This document shows positions 29,885 through 41,234 of a stretch of DNA of 64,000 nucleotides, in pieces (the first letter of the stretch is position 1; each line of letters begins with the position of its first letter). A model generated the notes under the pieces. That model was not told the origin of the DNA. It worked only from the letters and a program-made list of their open reading frames with translations, and did not search any database. Origin of the DNA: an uncultured Gammaproteobacteria bacterium (GTDB lineage: Bacteria > Pseudomonadota > Gammaproteobacteria > JACCXJ01); the NCBI GenBank assembly GCA_963764725.1, contig CAVXTM010000016.1, positions 160,001-224,000 on the forward strand, given 5' to 3'. The translations under genes and the position numbers were made by a program.

Positions 29885-30725
29885 ATGAACGACAATCCCC
29901 CGCGCAAAATCCGCAAGGTATCGTTTGCCATTCTGGTAGTCGCACTGGGGATAACCAATACCTCCGTGCTAGCGCAGCCATCGGCTGGCGGTGAGGACAG
30001 CACCGCGCTCGCGAAGAAAACTCAAAACCCCATTAGCGATCTCATCAGCGTGCCGTTCCAGAGCAACTTCAACTTCGATGTGGGGCCAAACGACGACCTT
30101 CAGTACATCCTCAATATCCAGCCGGTCTATCCCATGCGCCTGAGCGAGACGTGGAATCTGATTCATCGCCCGATCATCCCGCTCATCGACCAGCCTCCGC
30201 TGGCACCGGAGCTTGACAGCGAGTTCGGGATCGGTGACATCCAGTATCAGACTTTCTTTTCGCCGGCCAAGCCCGGCACGATCACCTGGGGCATCGGACC
30301 CGTCCTCCAGTTTCCAACGGCCTCCGACGACGTGCTCGGGAGCGAGCAGTGGGCCGCGGGACCCGGTGTTGTGGTGCCTAACCATGCCCGGTCCCTGGGT
30401 GGTGGGTGCCTTGGTCAATAACATCTGGTCCTTCGCCGGGAATGACGACCGCGCCGACGTAAACCTGATGACCTTGCAGCCCTTCATCAATTACAACCTA
30501 CCCCATGGTTGGGCGCTAGGCACTTCGCCGATCATCACCGCCAATTGGGAGGCGGACAGCGACGATCGCTGGACCGTACCGATCGGCGGCGGTGTGCAGA
30601 AGATCTGGCACCTGGGCAAACTGCCGCTGAATACCCAGCTTCAAGCCTATTGGAACGCTGAAACACCAGACGGTGGCGCCGATTGGCAACTCCGATTCCA
30701 GTTCGCTTTCCTGTTCCCAAAGTGA
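29885..30725 (+). CDS. Outer-membrane beta-barrel (the family often annotated neuromedin U), frameshift ~30370
   Basis: LAKKTQNPISDLISVPFQ.N, LNIQPV.P, QPFINYN, WTVPIGGG, WQLRFQFAFLFPK. Confidence 0.85.
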
Positions 30726-30789
30726 GTCGCGAACGAGCGGCCATTTAGCGGGCTTTCACACCACATCACTACCGGGCAAGCAAAGACCT

Positions 30790-31817
30790 TCATATGATAA
30801 AGCCGAGCGTTCGATCGATGAGCCAGAAGGCGGCAATGGAGCCGATGGCGTAGGCGGCCACCGATTCCGACGCAGCGTATGCGCGCTTTGGATCGATGCC
30901 GAGGTGGCTGAGTCTCCTGCCGACAAAGGCAGCCCCCGCGAGCGCAACCATGACAGACGCGATGAACGCGAGCTGTCCGAGCTCGACGCCGACGTTGAAG
31001 GCAAAGAGCGCGAGCGGGATGTCACCCTGCGGAAGCCCGAGGTCCGTGAGCGCGCTCGCGAAGCCGAAGCCGTGCAGCAGGCCGAAGGCGAAGGCCACGA
31101 GCCACGGCCAGCGCGCGGTGAGCTCTCCTCGCCGCGCCGCATGCGCACGATCTCGCAGGCCAGGAGCAGGATGCTGAGCGCGATCACGGCCTCGACCGGC
31201 GGCCCGGGCACGTGCACCACGCCGAGGGTCGCGAGCGCGAGCGTGATCGAGTGCGCGAGCGTGAACGCGGTGATGGTTATGAGGAGCACGCGCCGGCTGC
31301 GCACGATCAGGATCAGCGCGAGCACGAAGAGCAGATGATCGAAGCCGAAGAGGATGTGCTCGATCCCGTGGACGAGGTAGGCGCCCACCACCGCGAGCGC
31401 ACCCGCTCGCGGCGGCGATCTCTACCCACGGCTGGGACGGGCGAACCAGAGTGGTCGTGCGGGTACCGTCGAGGAGCGCGACGCGCACCAGCACGTCGGT
31501 GATCGTGGCCTGGAGACCCGACGAACTCGATGCGCTTCCCGGCGAGCCCGCCCTCGCCCGCGTCGATCGTCCGCCGCTCGAGGAGCGAGTCGGTGAGCTC
31601 CTGCACGATCGGCTCGCGTACCTCACGCACATCGTCCGGCAGCTTCAGCGCGACCGGCAGGCGCATGCCGGAGAGCACCGGCGTGCGCCACAGAACGGTG
31701 TAGCGGCCCGGCGTCGTCTCCTTGATCTCGAGGTAGGCGGGGCGGACCTCGTGCGCGCCGGCGGCGGATGCGAACGCCAGCAACCCGAGAAGCAGAGTGG
31801 CGCAGAGCTCGGCTCAT
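30790..31817 (-). CDS. HupE/UreJ family membrane protein (multiple indels)
   Basis: AHEVRPAYLE, GIEHILFGFDHLLF, TAFTLAHSITL, FGLLHGFGFA, FNVGVELGQ; ATGA overlap with the upstream gene. Confidence 0.85.
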
Positions 31818-32730
31818 GGTGCGGCGTTCGCTTCCGCGGGGCCGCCCTGGCTCGCGACTTCGTCCGGCGGGGCGGGCAGCACGAGCTCGTACCTCGCCCG
31901 CATCTCTGCGTACGCCTTGCGCCAGGCCTCGGCGCGCTGCTCGGTCTTCCAGGCGGTCCTCGACGTCCGGCTCGACCTCCTCGAACGCGGGCACGCGGCC
32001 GGCGTCAACGAGTCGACCAAGACGAGATGCCAGCCGTAGCCGGACTCGATCGGGCCCGCCAGGTGCCCGGCGTCGAGCGCGAAGAGCGCGCGGGCGAAGC
32101 CCGGGCCGAACGTCCTTGGCGACGCTCGTCGGGCGAGCGGTCGCCAGTAGTAGTCCTGGAACATGAAGGGATCGCCGAGCGCCGTCGCAGCCGGCGCAGT
32201 CCATCGGGCTTGCCCGCGAGCTTCGTCGAGCGCGCGCGCCGCGTCGTCGCGCGCGCGCGCGCCGCGCCGGTCGGGCGAGAAGTAGAGATGGCGAAACGTG
32301 ACGCGCGCCGGCAGCGCGAAGCGCTCCGCGTTCTTCTCGAACCAGGCCTGCGAGCTCCTCGGCGGTGGGCTCGCGCAGCGCGGCGACGTCCTCGAAGAGG
32401 AACTCCATCTTCTGCGCCAGCCGGCGCTTCACGATCGTGTCGTCCTTGTCGAGGCCGAGCGCCAGCGCCTCGCGGTAGAGGATCTCCTCGCGCACCCGTG
32501 CTCTCGACGAGGCCGCGCATCTCCTCGGGCGACGGCGGCGCGCTGCCCTGCGCGAGCCAAGGCGATCCCGATCTGCTCGCAGATCGTCCGAGGTGAGCTC
32601 GATCTGCCTGGACTCGGCTCGCGGAGCCGCTTCGCGCTGGAGCGCGCGCATAGCCGGCGAAGAGCAGCAGCCCGACCAGCAGGAACTGCAGCAGCGGCTC
32701 GCGCAGCCAGCGTCCGATCGCGACGCTCAA
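31814..32730 (-). CDS. PpiC/parvulin-type peptidyl-prolyl isomerase-like protein (multiple indels)
   Basis: WLREPLLQFLL, VREEILYREALALGLDKDDTIVKRRLAQKMEF, GPIESGYGWHLV. Confidence 0.85.
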
Positions 32731-35077
32731 CGCGGAGCGGCTCCCAACGGGCTCAGCTTCTGCGACCGCCGGGATGATCTCGTAGTTGGCGTAGCCGAAC
32801 TCGTTGCTGCGCGCGCCGAGATACTTGTCGCCCAGCTTGTAGACGGTGATCTCGATCGGCGTGCCGACGAGCTCGGTGACGATCTTCCCGTTGGCGATGT
32901 TGTAGGTCCGGGAGGTGCCGAGATAGCTGGCGTCGACCGCGTCGCCGGTCAGGCTCTGCATCGCCACGTTTCTTCCCACGTAGCGCACCTGGAACTGGCC
33001 CTGGTTGGCCGGGAAGCGCTGGGTGACGTATCCGGGCTCGGCGGGTGTGAGCGGCTTCGCGTCCGCGCCCTTGCCCAGGGCGCCGTAGATGATCATGTAC
33101 TTCTCGCCCGTCACCGTGTTCTGCAGCCAGACGGACTTCTCGCACGATCAGCGCCTTCAGCTGCGCGTCGTCGAGCGCCGCCGCGCCCTGCTTCTTCAGG
33201 TCGGCGACCGTGGTGCCGCGGCTTGGCCGCTCTTGCGCGCCTCGGCGCTCGGCGTGTACCAGATCGGCGAGCTCCAGGCGCGCTCCTGGAGCGTGGCGCG
33301 CCACGACGTCGGGCGGCGCGATGCCGAGCTGCTTCGCCTGGATCGTCGTCCAGCGCGGCGTCGGGATCTCGAGCACGCGCGCGTAGTAGAAGGCGTGCAG
33401 GCTCGGATCGAACTCGGGATCGGTCCACACCGTCTTCAGCTCCACCGCGCCGATCGTGTTCGTGTAGGTCGCGTTCTCGACGTCCACCGTGCTGCCGATC
33501 GGCGGCACGACGCCGGTCCACTTGTCGGGCTTGCGGTCGCCCGCCCAGACGACGTCGAAGATCTTCTCGAAGCTCTGGCCGCTCTTCGTCCAGCCCTTCA
33601 CGATCTGGATGCGGTCGAGATTGCCGGAGGTCGGATCCTTCACCGCCCAGACCATGAAGGTCGGCGCCTTGCCCTTGGCCGGCGGCAGGTCGCCGCCCAT
33701 CGGCACGCCCTTCGCGTAGCCGGTCTTCACCCAGTCCTGCTGCTTCGACCAGCGTCCGGCCGTGTACTCCCAGCCGCCGAAGAAGCGCACCTTGATGTGC
33801 GGGCCGCTCACGGCGAAGGTCTCCTTGCGCTGCATGGCCTCGAAGATGCGAGGCGCGCGTGTTCTCCTCGGCCCAGACGCCCGTCAGCCCGCTGGTGCCT
33901 TCGAGTGCGCGCGTCGAACATGCCGCCGACCAGAGTGCCGGACATGCGCGCCTCGATCGTCCCGTCGGTGAAGGTATGGCCGCCGAAGAAGTTGTCCTGG
34001 CGGTAGGGGACGGCGGTGTTGTGCGAGTCCGACGCGGCTCCGAAGCCGAACTTGTACGGGTTGAAGCCCTTGCTGTCCTGCATGGCGAGGCCGTCCTTCA
34101 GCGCCTGCCGGGCGTAGCTGCCGACGATGTGCGGAATGCGGCCCGGCGGGTTGCCCAGCAGGACCGACATGATCTCGAAGTTGGCGAACTCGTCGTTGGG
34201 CGAGAGCAGCGGGTGGGTCTCGGAGGTGCCCTTCAGCTGCTTGATCTCGATCAGCGGCTCGTTGCGCACGCGCGACGCGGCATAGGCGGCGTCGATCGGG
34301 CGGCCCTTGGTGTCGACCTCGGTCGGGAACATGCGGCCGTCGGAGAGATTGGCGTTGTGCGAGATGGCGAGCAGCTCGTTGCCGGCCTTGCGCTGGCCGT
34401 CCATCCAGTTCCAGAGGTCCACGGGATGCGTACGAGTCCAGCGCGCTGAACGGCATCGGCGGCACCTTGGCGCAGTCCTTGAAGAAGATGTTGCGGTGCA
34501 GGTTCATGTTGTTCGGCATCGAGGTCCACTCGTAGGAGCAGAAGGCCGTGAACTTCCCCGGCTCGTTCGCCTGGTCGGCGAGCGCGACGTTCCGCTTCCA
34601 GACCGTCCCGGCGATCTCGGGGGCCATGAGCGCCTTGACCGGCGGTCCGCTGGCCAGGGTGTTGATGGCGTACAGGGCGACCCGCTCCATCTCTTCCTTC
34701 GTCCTGGCCTTCAGGATCAGCGGCTGCGCCTCGGGGATCTTGCTGACCGCGGAGCCCGGCTCGTTCGCCAGGTTGACCACGCCCGCGTACTCGGAGTGGT
34801 CGGTGACGCCCGCCCAGTCGAGCGGCGTGTCGATCTTCACGTCGTAGCCGAGGGGATGCTTGATCGGCTCGCCCTTGAAGTACTTGTACGCGTCGCCGGG
34901 AGTGGTGAGGATGTTCCCGATGGCGAACGCGTCGAGCGACCAGCTCGTGTGGACGTGCGTCTCGCCGAAGTAGGCGTCGCGCTCGGGGTTTTTCTCGGCG
35001 TATGACGCACAGGTCGCCAACATCATCGTCGTTCCGGCAACGAAGCCGAGCGCGCGGAGCATCGTGTTTCGTTTCAT
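32727..35077 (-). CDS. DUF3604 exported PHP-like metallohydrolase with C-terminal extension (multiple indels)
   Basis: YFGETHVHTSWS, VTDHSE, NLHRN, SHNANLS, ASDSH, FYYARVLEIPTPRW. Confidence 0.85.
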
Positions 35078-35135
35078 GTACTTTCTCCTGCTGAGATGGT
35101 GGTTGCGTAGTTTGTTTTGGTCATTTCGGGCCGTG

Positions 35136-35948
35136 TCAGTACTTATCCGGCACAAACCGCCTTGCCGTCACCGAAGCCTCGTCATCGTATCGGCCTTTCA
35201 TCGACCGCTTGGGGAGTTCTACCTTCGACCGCGGTACCGTCTTGTACGGGATCAGGCTCAGCAGATGCGAAATGCAATTCAGGCGGCCACGCCGCTTGTC
35301 GTCCGTACGCACAAGGTACCAAGGCGCATACTCCGTGTCGGTTGCCTCCAGCATCAGGTCGCGGGCGCGGGAGTAGTCGTACCAGCGCTTGCGCGCGGGT
35401 AGATCCATAGGACTCAGCTTCCACTGACGAAGCGGATCCTCGATGCGCGCCTCAAACCGGCGTTTCTGTTCCTTGTCACTCACTTCCAGCCAGTACTTGA
35501 TTAATATGATCCCGTTATCGACGATTTGTTTCTCGAATTCCGGACACACCTTCAAAAACCGGCGGCGCTGCTCGTTGGTGCAAAAGCCCATTACATATTC
35601 CACTCCAGCTCGGTTGTACCAGCTACGGTCGAAGATCACTACCTCGCCTGCGGCTGGGAAATGGGGAAGATACCGCTGGATGTACATTTGAGTTTTCTCT
35701 CGGTCCGAAGGAGCGGCCAGGGCGACAACGCGGAAGACACGGGGACTCACGCGCTCCGTGATCGCCCTGATGGTACCGCCCTTGCCGGCGGCATCGCGCC
35801 CCTCGAACACTACGACCACCCGAAGGCCTTTGTGCTTCACCCACTCCTGCAGTGCGCACAGCTTCTCCTGGAGCCGGCGCAATTCAATCTCATAGTCCTT
35901 GCGCTTGAGCTTGGATTTGTCTTTGTTGTTTCGATTCATCACGTTCAT
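35136..35948 (-). CDS. ppk2: Polyphosphate kinase 2
   Basis: FEGRDAAGKGG, FDRSWYNRAGVE, WKLSPMD. Confidence 0.95.
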   Translation of the reverse strand: MNVMNRNNKDKSKLKRKDYEIELRRLQEKLCALQEWVKHKGLRVVVVFEGRDAAGKGGTIRAITERVSPRVFRVVALAAPSDREKTQMYIQRYLPHFPAAGEVVIFDRSWYNRAGVEYVMGFCTNEQRRRFLKVCPEFEKQIVDNGIILIKYWLEVSDKEQKRRFEARIEDPLRQWKLSPMDLPARKRWYDYSRARDLMLEATDTEYAPWYLVRTDDKRRGRLNCISHLLSLIPYKTVPRSKVELPKRSMKGRYDDEASVTARRFVPDKY

Positions 35949-35998
35949 GGCTACATTTAGTTAGATAAGATTGGGGAGTAACGCCGAATTATATTCCG

Positions 35999-37537
35999 CT
36001 ATTCTTGAACCGAAGGCCACGACGCTTGGCCATGCCTTTCCTCACCGGTTGTTCCATTCGCCCGTAGAGACGCGCATTCTGTCAATCGGCCCGAGAAACG
36101 CTCAAACGCCTGTCCGAGGTGGCGTTTGGAGCGATGCGTCTCCGCCTCGATCACCCAGCCGCCGCCCATAGCCTTGTAGACATTGACGAGCTGGGTCAGG
36201 CTATCCGCCTGGTTCTGCGCATGGGCCAGCTCGGCGCTGAACAGCTCGTTCTGTGCAACGAGTACCTCCAGGTAGCTCGTCACGCCCTCGTCGAACCGCT
36301 GTTGGGCGAGCCGCGCAAAATCCTGGAGTGCGGCAACACGTAGGCCGCGCGCTATGAGCTCCTCGCGGCTCTTCTGCGTGCCGATGAGCGCATCGTTCAC
36401 TTCCCGAAACGCGCCTAGGATCGTTTGCCGGTAACGCTCAAGCGCCTGCCGTTGCACCGCCTCGGCCGCCTGCACCTGGCCCTCGATATTGCCAAACGTG
36501 AACACTGGCACCGTCGCCGCAGCGCTCAGTGCCCACACGCCCGCCGGCCCGGTGAACAAGCTCGAAAGCGCTACGCTGGCAGTTCCCACCAAACTGGTGA
36601 GGGAGATCGTCGGAAAATAAAGCGAGCGGGCGACACCGATCTGAGCGTTCGCCGCAATGAGATCCTGCTCAGTGGCGCGGATGTCCGGCCGGCGATCGAG
36701 CAGGCTCGAGGGCAGGCCGCTCGGAATTCCAGGAGAAGCGAGCTGATCGATCGCCTTGCCGCGTAGAATCGGTGCCGGATTGCGGCCGAGCAGGATCGAG
36801 AGCAGATTCTCCTGCAGCGCGATCTGGCGCTCAAAAGCGGGGATCGCGGCAAGAGCCTCTTGATATTGCGACTCGACCTGGGCGACCTCGACTTGACCGA
36901 CGATCCCCTCCTTGAAGCGCAGGTCGAAGATCCGCTTGGTCTCGCCGTAGTTGCGGGCGGTCGCATGCGAGATCTCGAGCTGGCGGTCGAGCGCCCGCAG
37001 CGCGATGTAGCTCGAGGCCACGCCGGTCACGACCGAGAGGATGACCGCGAGCCGTACGTCCTCGGCGGAGAATACCTGCGCCTGAGCCGACTCGGTGGCG
37101 CGTCGGATGCGGCCGAAGACATCGATCTCCCAGTTGGTGTTGAGCTCGAGCTCATAGAAGTTGAAGGGGTTGCTCACGTTCGAAGGGAACGGCCCCGGCC
37201 CCGCTTCGGTCTCACGCAGGCCCCCGGTGGCGGCCGCGGCACCGATCTGGGGGAAGAACGTAGAGCGCGCCGTCCTGAGCTGGCCGAGGAACTGCTCGAT
37301 GCGCGCGGCGGCGATGCGCACATCGTAGTTCTCGCGCAGCGCCGTCTCGATGAGTCGGTCCAGGACGGGATCGCCGAACTGCGCCCACCAGCGGGTATCG
37401 GCCATGCCTGCCGCTTGCTGGTAGTCAACGCGCCAGGCTTGCGGTGTATCGACCTCCGGACGCACGTAATCGGGGCCAACGGCAGCGCAGCCCAACAGCA
37501 AGGTTGCAAGGGAACAGCCTAGCGAGAATCGCCACAT
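35999..37537 (-). CDS. Efflux outer-membrane factor, NodT/TolC family lipoprotein (3' end uncertain)
   Basis: LLGC lipobox, VGPDY.RP, WEIDVFGRIRR, LLDRRPDI..AE, VYKAMGGGW. Confidence 0.9.
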   Translation of the reverse strand: MWRFSLGCSLATLLLGCAAVGPDYVRPEVDTPQAWRVDYQQAAGMADTRWWAQFGDPVLDRLIETALRENYDVRIAAARIEQFLGQLRTARSTFFPQIGAAAATGGLRETEAGPGPFPSNVSNPFNFYELELNTNWEIDVFGRIRRATESAQAQVFSAEDVRLAVILSVVTGVASSYIALRALDRQLEISHATARNYGETKRIFDLRFKEGIVGQVEVAQVESQYQEALAAIPAFERQIALQENLLSILLGRNPAPILRGKAIDQLASPGIPSGLPSSLLDRRPDIRATEQDLIAANAQIGVARSLYFPTISLTSLVGTASVALSSLFTGPAGVWALSAAATVPVFTFGNIEGQVQAAEAVQRQALERYRQTILGAFREVNDALIGTQKSREELIARGLRVAALQDFARLAQQRFDEGVTSYLEVLVAQNELFSAELAHAQNQADSLTQLVNVYKAMGGGWVIEAETHRSKRHLGQAFERFSGRLTECASLRANGTTGEERHGQASWPSVQE

Positions 37538-37686
37538 CTTTAGTCATCTTCCCGCTTGGCATGCGGCGCGGCCGGTACGGGCGTACCTGCAACGCTCTAA
37601 GCCCCAAGACGGCTCATGGGCAGCTGTAATAATGCATTGGTGTGATTACCCCCTGAAGCATAAACAGGCCTGATCGCTATGTTTCC

Positions 37687-39000
37687 TCAATGAAGTTCAC
37701 CGAAAATATAGTTTTGCCAACTGACCATGCGCAGCAGAATCTTGCGTATGAGTGCCACATGATGCACATGTTTTGTATAGATAGCCGCGGATCCGATAAC
37801 ACCGGCCGGTAGCTGGTATGCCGATACGTCGTCCTCTAGTTTGATGACTACCGGTACGCGGCCGGGCATCGGCACGGATTCGACGGTCATCAGTGTGCCG
37901 CTCGTTTGCAACTGGCCCTGCGCCAGCACCGGCAAGATGCGGTCTACATGCCCTTTGAACACCCGCCCCGGCACGGCCCTATAAATCACTTCCGCCTCGT
38001 CACCCGGTTTGAGACGCTGCAGCGAGTTCTGCCAGAAGGCACCCACCAGGACGCGGTCAGTGGGAGCGGTAGTGTGGATAAATGTCATTACCGGCCGCAG
38101 CGGCAGTGGCACCGCCATCATGCCAGGTCGCAGGAGAAGTTGTGTAACGAAGCCGTCAGTGGGCGCGCGCACGGTAGTCTGATCGAGGTTCCAGCGTGCG
38201 CGATCGAGCTCAGCAGTAATCTGGCGGACTTTGGGATTGACCCCTCCGCTCTCCGCCTCGAAGGCAAGTCGCGCCTCGCGTTCCTGGGCTTCCGCGCTAC
38301 GCAACTGCTCGCGCGCCGTCTGTACCCGGTCACCACCGGATTCGAGCTTCTCCGCTGCCTGCCGCTCCGCCGCCTGAGCTTGACTGAGTTTCGCTTGGGC
38401 ACTTTCGAAATCCCGCTTCGCCCTGTCAAAATCGGACTGGGCGACCGCGTCTGTGGATAACAACCGCTGATACCGACCGCGCTGTTCGAGCGCGAGTTCG
38501 AGCTGCGCTTGCATTTGCACGACCACTGCCCTTGCCTGTTCCAGCGCCTCAGCTGCCTGACGGCCAGATTCAGACTCGGAGGTCAAGATGTTGGAACGGG
38601 CCTGCGCTGTCGCCGCTTCGGCCGCCCGCAGACGTTCCTCAAGCTGCGCAGCACCTGACTTGGCGTCCGCCAATGCTGCCTCAAGCCGGTCTACTTCATA
38701 CTGATAGGGCGCCGGGTCGATACGGAATAACACATCGCCCTGCTTCAACGGCTGGTTGGCCTCCACTGGCACCTCGACCACCTGGCCCTGCACATCGGGC
38801 ACGATGGGTGTCGTGACAAAGTACTCGCGCACCAGTGTAGTATAGGGATGGTTGTAATTCATCACCATCAGTACCAGGGCGATGAGCACCGCGCCACCGA
38901 GGATTGCCGTGGGCACCGTCCATTTGTTCAGGGGGAGCTTAAAGATCTTGAACACCGCCCAGCAGAAGGCCGTGTAGATCATGATCATCAATATTTCCAT
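37687..39000 (-). CDS. HlyD family secretion protein (YibH-like)
   Basis: MNYNHPY, PIVPDVQG.V.EV, LDQTTVRAPTDG, IRKILLRM.SWQNY. Confidence 0.9.
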   Translation of the reverse strand: MEILMIMIYTAFCWAVFKIFKLPLNKWTVPTAILGGAVLIALVLMVMNYNHPYTTLVREYFVTTPIVPDVQGQVVEVPVEANQPLKQGDVLFRIDPAPYQYEVDRLEAALADAKSGAAQLEERLRAAEAATAQARSNILTSESESGRQAAEALEQARAVVVQMQAQLELALEQRGRYQRLLSTDAVAQSDFDRAKRDFESAQAKLSQAQAAERQAAEKLESGGDRVQTAREQLRSAEAQEREARLAFEAESGGVNPKVRQITAELDRARWNLDQTTVRAPTDGFVTQLLLRPGMMAVPLPLRPVMTFIHTTAPTDRVLVGAFWQNSLQRLKPGDEAEVIYRAVPGRVFKGHVDRILPVLAQGQLQTSGTLMTVESVPMPGRVPVVIKLEDDVSAYQLPAGVIGSAAIYTKHVHHVALIRKILLRMVSWQNYIFGELH

Positions 39001-39001
39001 G

Positions 39002-39442
39002 CTAAAGCTCCAGCGCAGGCGTTCTGCCTTCGAGTGCCGTCAGGCGAGCATCCAGCGCCTTGACCTGCTTAAAGGAGTTGCCTTCGAGCACCGCTAAACG
39101 GGTTTCCAGAGTCTCGTTCCCTGCCGCAGGTTTGCCCTCGAGTGCCGCTAACCGCGCCTCCAGGTCCGCAATACGAATATCCAGCGTTTTCGTTTGTCCG
39201 CTCTCCGCGGCGAAACCGTACCCGCGCTCAGGCCTGTAAATAGTGGCCCAAATCCACAGGAACGGCCAGATAGTGTGCAGTGTCATCAGGCTCACCCATC
39301 CCGCCACGTGGATAGCGTCTTGATGGGGATGGTTGCGCTTCTTGGCAATCTCGTAGGGAATATCGTGGATGCCAATGATAATATAGAAAGTGACGAGGGT
39401 GCCGAAGATCAAAAAGCCCAATGCCAGGTAGTCAAGAAACAC
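39002..39442 (-). CDS. DUF3302 membrane protein (YibI/YiaW-like)
   Basis: HDIPYEIAKKRNHPHQDAIHVAGWVSL.TLH.IWPFLWIWA. Confidence 0.9.
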   Translation of the reverse strand: MFLDYLALGFLIFGTLVTFYIIIGIHDIPYEIAKKRNHPHQDAIHVAGWVSLMTLHTIWPFLWIWATIYRPERGYGFAAESGQTKTLDIRIADLEARLAALEGKPAAGNETLETRLAVLEGNSFKQVKALDARLTALEGRTPALEL

Positions 39443-39509
39443 GGCTCGATATCCTCCACATACACATTTTCACGGGTTTATGTTTTGAAATTACATTGGC
39501 TCGCCGCGC

Positions 39510-39832
39510 GGGCGGCGTCGAGCTGAAACAGGACTTGACCCTCCTGCACAAGCTGGCCTTCCTCGTAGGCGATGCGATCGAGGAAGCCTGAGACTCGCGC
39601 CACGATGTCCACCGCGCGCGAGCTCTCGGTCTGGGCGACGAACCTTCACGAAGGGGATGGTCCGCGGCGCGATGGTGATAGCTGTAACCTCCAACGCGGC
39701 TGGCGGCTGAGCGCCTGATTCTTGCTTCGCTTCGGCTTTGGTTTTAGAGCTGTCCTCGGTTTGGGCGGTGCAAGCCGTCAGTGCAAGCCAAAGTAGGAGG
39801 GGAATGCGAAGGCACCAAATAGCTGATCTCAT
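39510..39832 (-). pseudogene. Truncated RND periplasmic adaptor (N-terminus only)
   Basis: Lipobox LTAC, then in a shifted frame FVAQTESSRAVDIVARVSGFLDRIAYEEGQLVQEGQVLFQLD, then homology ends. Confidence 0.75.
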
Positions 39833-40134
39833 AGGCTGGGTTTCATTGCTTCTGAGGGGGCGTGGAGGCGCACGCACCCGGCGCCCCTTTCTGCTCGCGA
39901 GTTTACAGGTTTTTGGGGTTAGAACACACCCTCGGGTGCTAGTTCTCTCAGGGCGTGGCTTGTCGTCCCTTCGGTCGCCGCCGGGAGAGGCGCGTCATGG
40001 ACGGTCGCGGAGCCCAGCGCGGACGGTCGCTGCGGCACGGATGCCTGTGGTAGTATTAACGACGCTGGGGATGCAAGCCTCTGCTACGAGCGAGTTTGTT
40101 CACAGCTATTTTCAATCAATTCAGGAGAGACAAA

Positions 40135-40623
40135 ATGTTCAAGAAAAACGCTATATTTTCTTTAGTGTCCACCACGGCCATGTTGCTTCTGCCCCTCACT
40201 CAGGCGGAAGCAGGCACCGAACTCGGGATCCTGACCTGCAAAAAGATCCCAGGCTCGGAAAGAAACCTCTTGATCCACTCGAGTGCGGGATTTAACTGCG
40301 TGTATAAGACCCCGGCTGGTTTCCAAGAAAAGTACAAAGGCGAGGCTGGCATTGCCCTCGGCCTGGACCTGAGCTGGACGAAGGAGGACACCATTGCCTA
40401 TACGGTGATGGGAGTGGCTGAGGGCACCAAATTGCCGCCCGGTGCGTTCGTCGGCACTTACACGGGGGGAACCGCCTCGGCGGCATTTGGCCTCGGTGTA
40501 GGCGCAAAGGTGCTGGTGGGTGGCGGAAATTCCAATGTTGCCCTCAGTCCCCTGGCCTTGGAGGCAAGCAAGGGATTCGGAGCCTCCGCAGGGATCGGCT
40601 ATCTCACGTTGGTGAAAGAATAA
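40135..40623 (+). CDS. DUF992 family exported protein
   Basis: ELGILTC...LLIHSS..FNCVY, GTYTG..ASAAFGLGVGAKVLVGG, ALSPLAL. Confidence 0.85.
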   Translation: MFKKNAIFSLVSTTAMLLLPLTQAEAGTELGILTCKKIPGSERNLLIHSSAGFNCVYKTPAGFQEKYKGEAGIALGLDLSWTKEDTIAYTVMGVAEGTKLPPGAFVGTYTGGTASAAFGLGVGAKVLVGGGNSNVALSPLALEASKGFGASAGIGYLTLVKE

Positions 40624-41108
40624 GTTTTTCCGTAAACCCGCATTGCCACAGACCTCGCTCCGTCGTTTTTCGCTACTCCGCAAGATTCGCTCGCCTTTTT
40701 CGATGAAACGGGATAAGTGTCCTTCAGCAAGTTTCATCGGGAATCCATGTCATCAGGAGGCAGCGACTAAATGCAATGTAAATGATCTGGCAAGATAACC
40801 ACCGCATCCAGCCGGAAGGGTCCGTGCAGCTACTTGCGAGCCTCGACGCGCGTCTTGCTGGAGGGTTCGGATCACGTTTGGCGGCTTCCTTAGAACTAGA
40901 AACAATGATCATCCCCCCTCATCCTGAAAATACAGCCACAAAGCCGCTGGAGCGGATAACAATCAGTAGCGGCGGGAGTCGAGCGGCGCCTACATGGCAT
41001 CTGATCCTAAACGAACACCCCATCCGGTTCAGAGCCCTGAGCCGACATCCCTCCCCTTTGGCCTGCACTTGTCCAAGACGCCAAGCTGTCTCGACATATG
41101 GCACCGAA

Positions 41109-41228
41109 GGCCGATGAATGGCCCGAAAAGTCCCCGATCCTGGACCCAGGACACGCGTGTTTGACGGCTAATAGGTTCAGTCGTATCTTCGCTCCCGACG
41201 AAAAAGCTCTTTTAAAGTTCTTATTCTC
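41109..41228 (+). promoter_or_regulatory. Promoter family A copy (TTGACG 41161-41166, TATCTT 41184-41189)
   Basis: About 80 bp nearly identical to 49862..49942; downstream part resembles 14318..14357. Confidence 0.8.
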
Positions 41229-41234
41229 AAGCGC

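Noticed and set aside
12388-35077. Programmed frameshifting or phase variation as the cause of split genes
   Set aside because: Indels are numerous, scattered and not at consistent slippery sites; sequencing error is simpler.
40701-40739. CGATGAAAC...GTTTCATCG inverted repeat as an ncRNA
   Set aside because: A single 9-bp stem with no recognisable RNA family features.
40950-40963. GAGCGGATAACAAT, a 14-bp match to the lac operator
   Set aside because: The left arm (AATTGT) is missing and there is no lac promoter or vector context; most likely chance.
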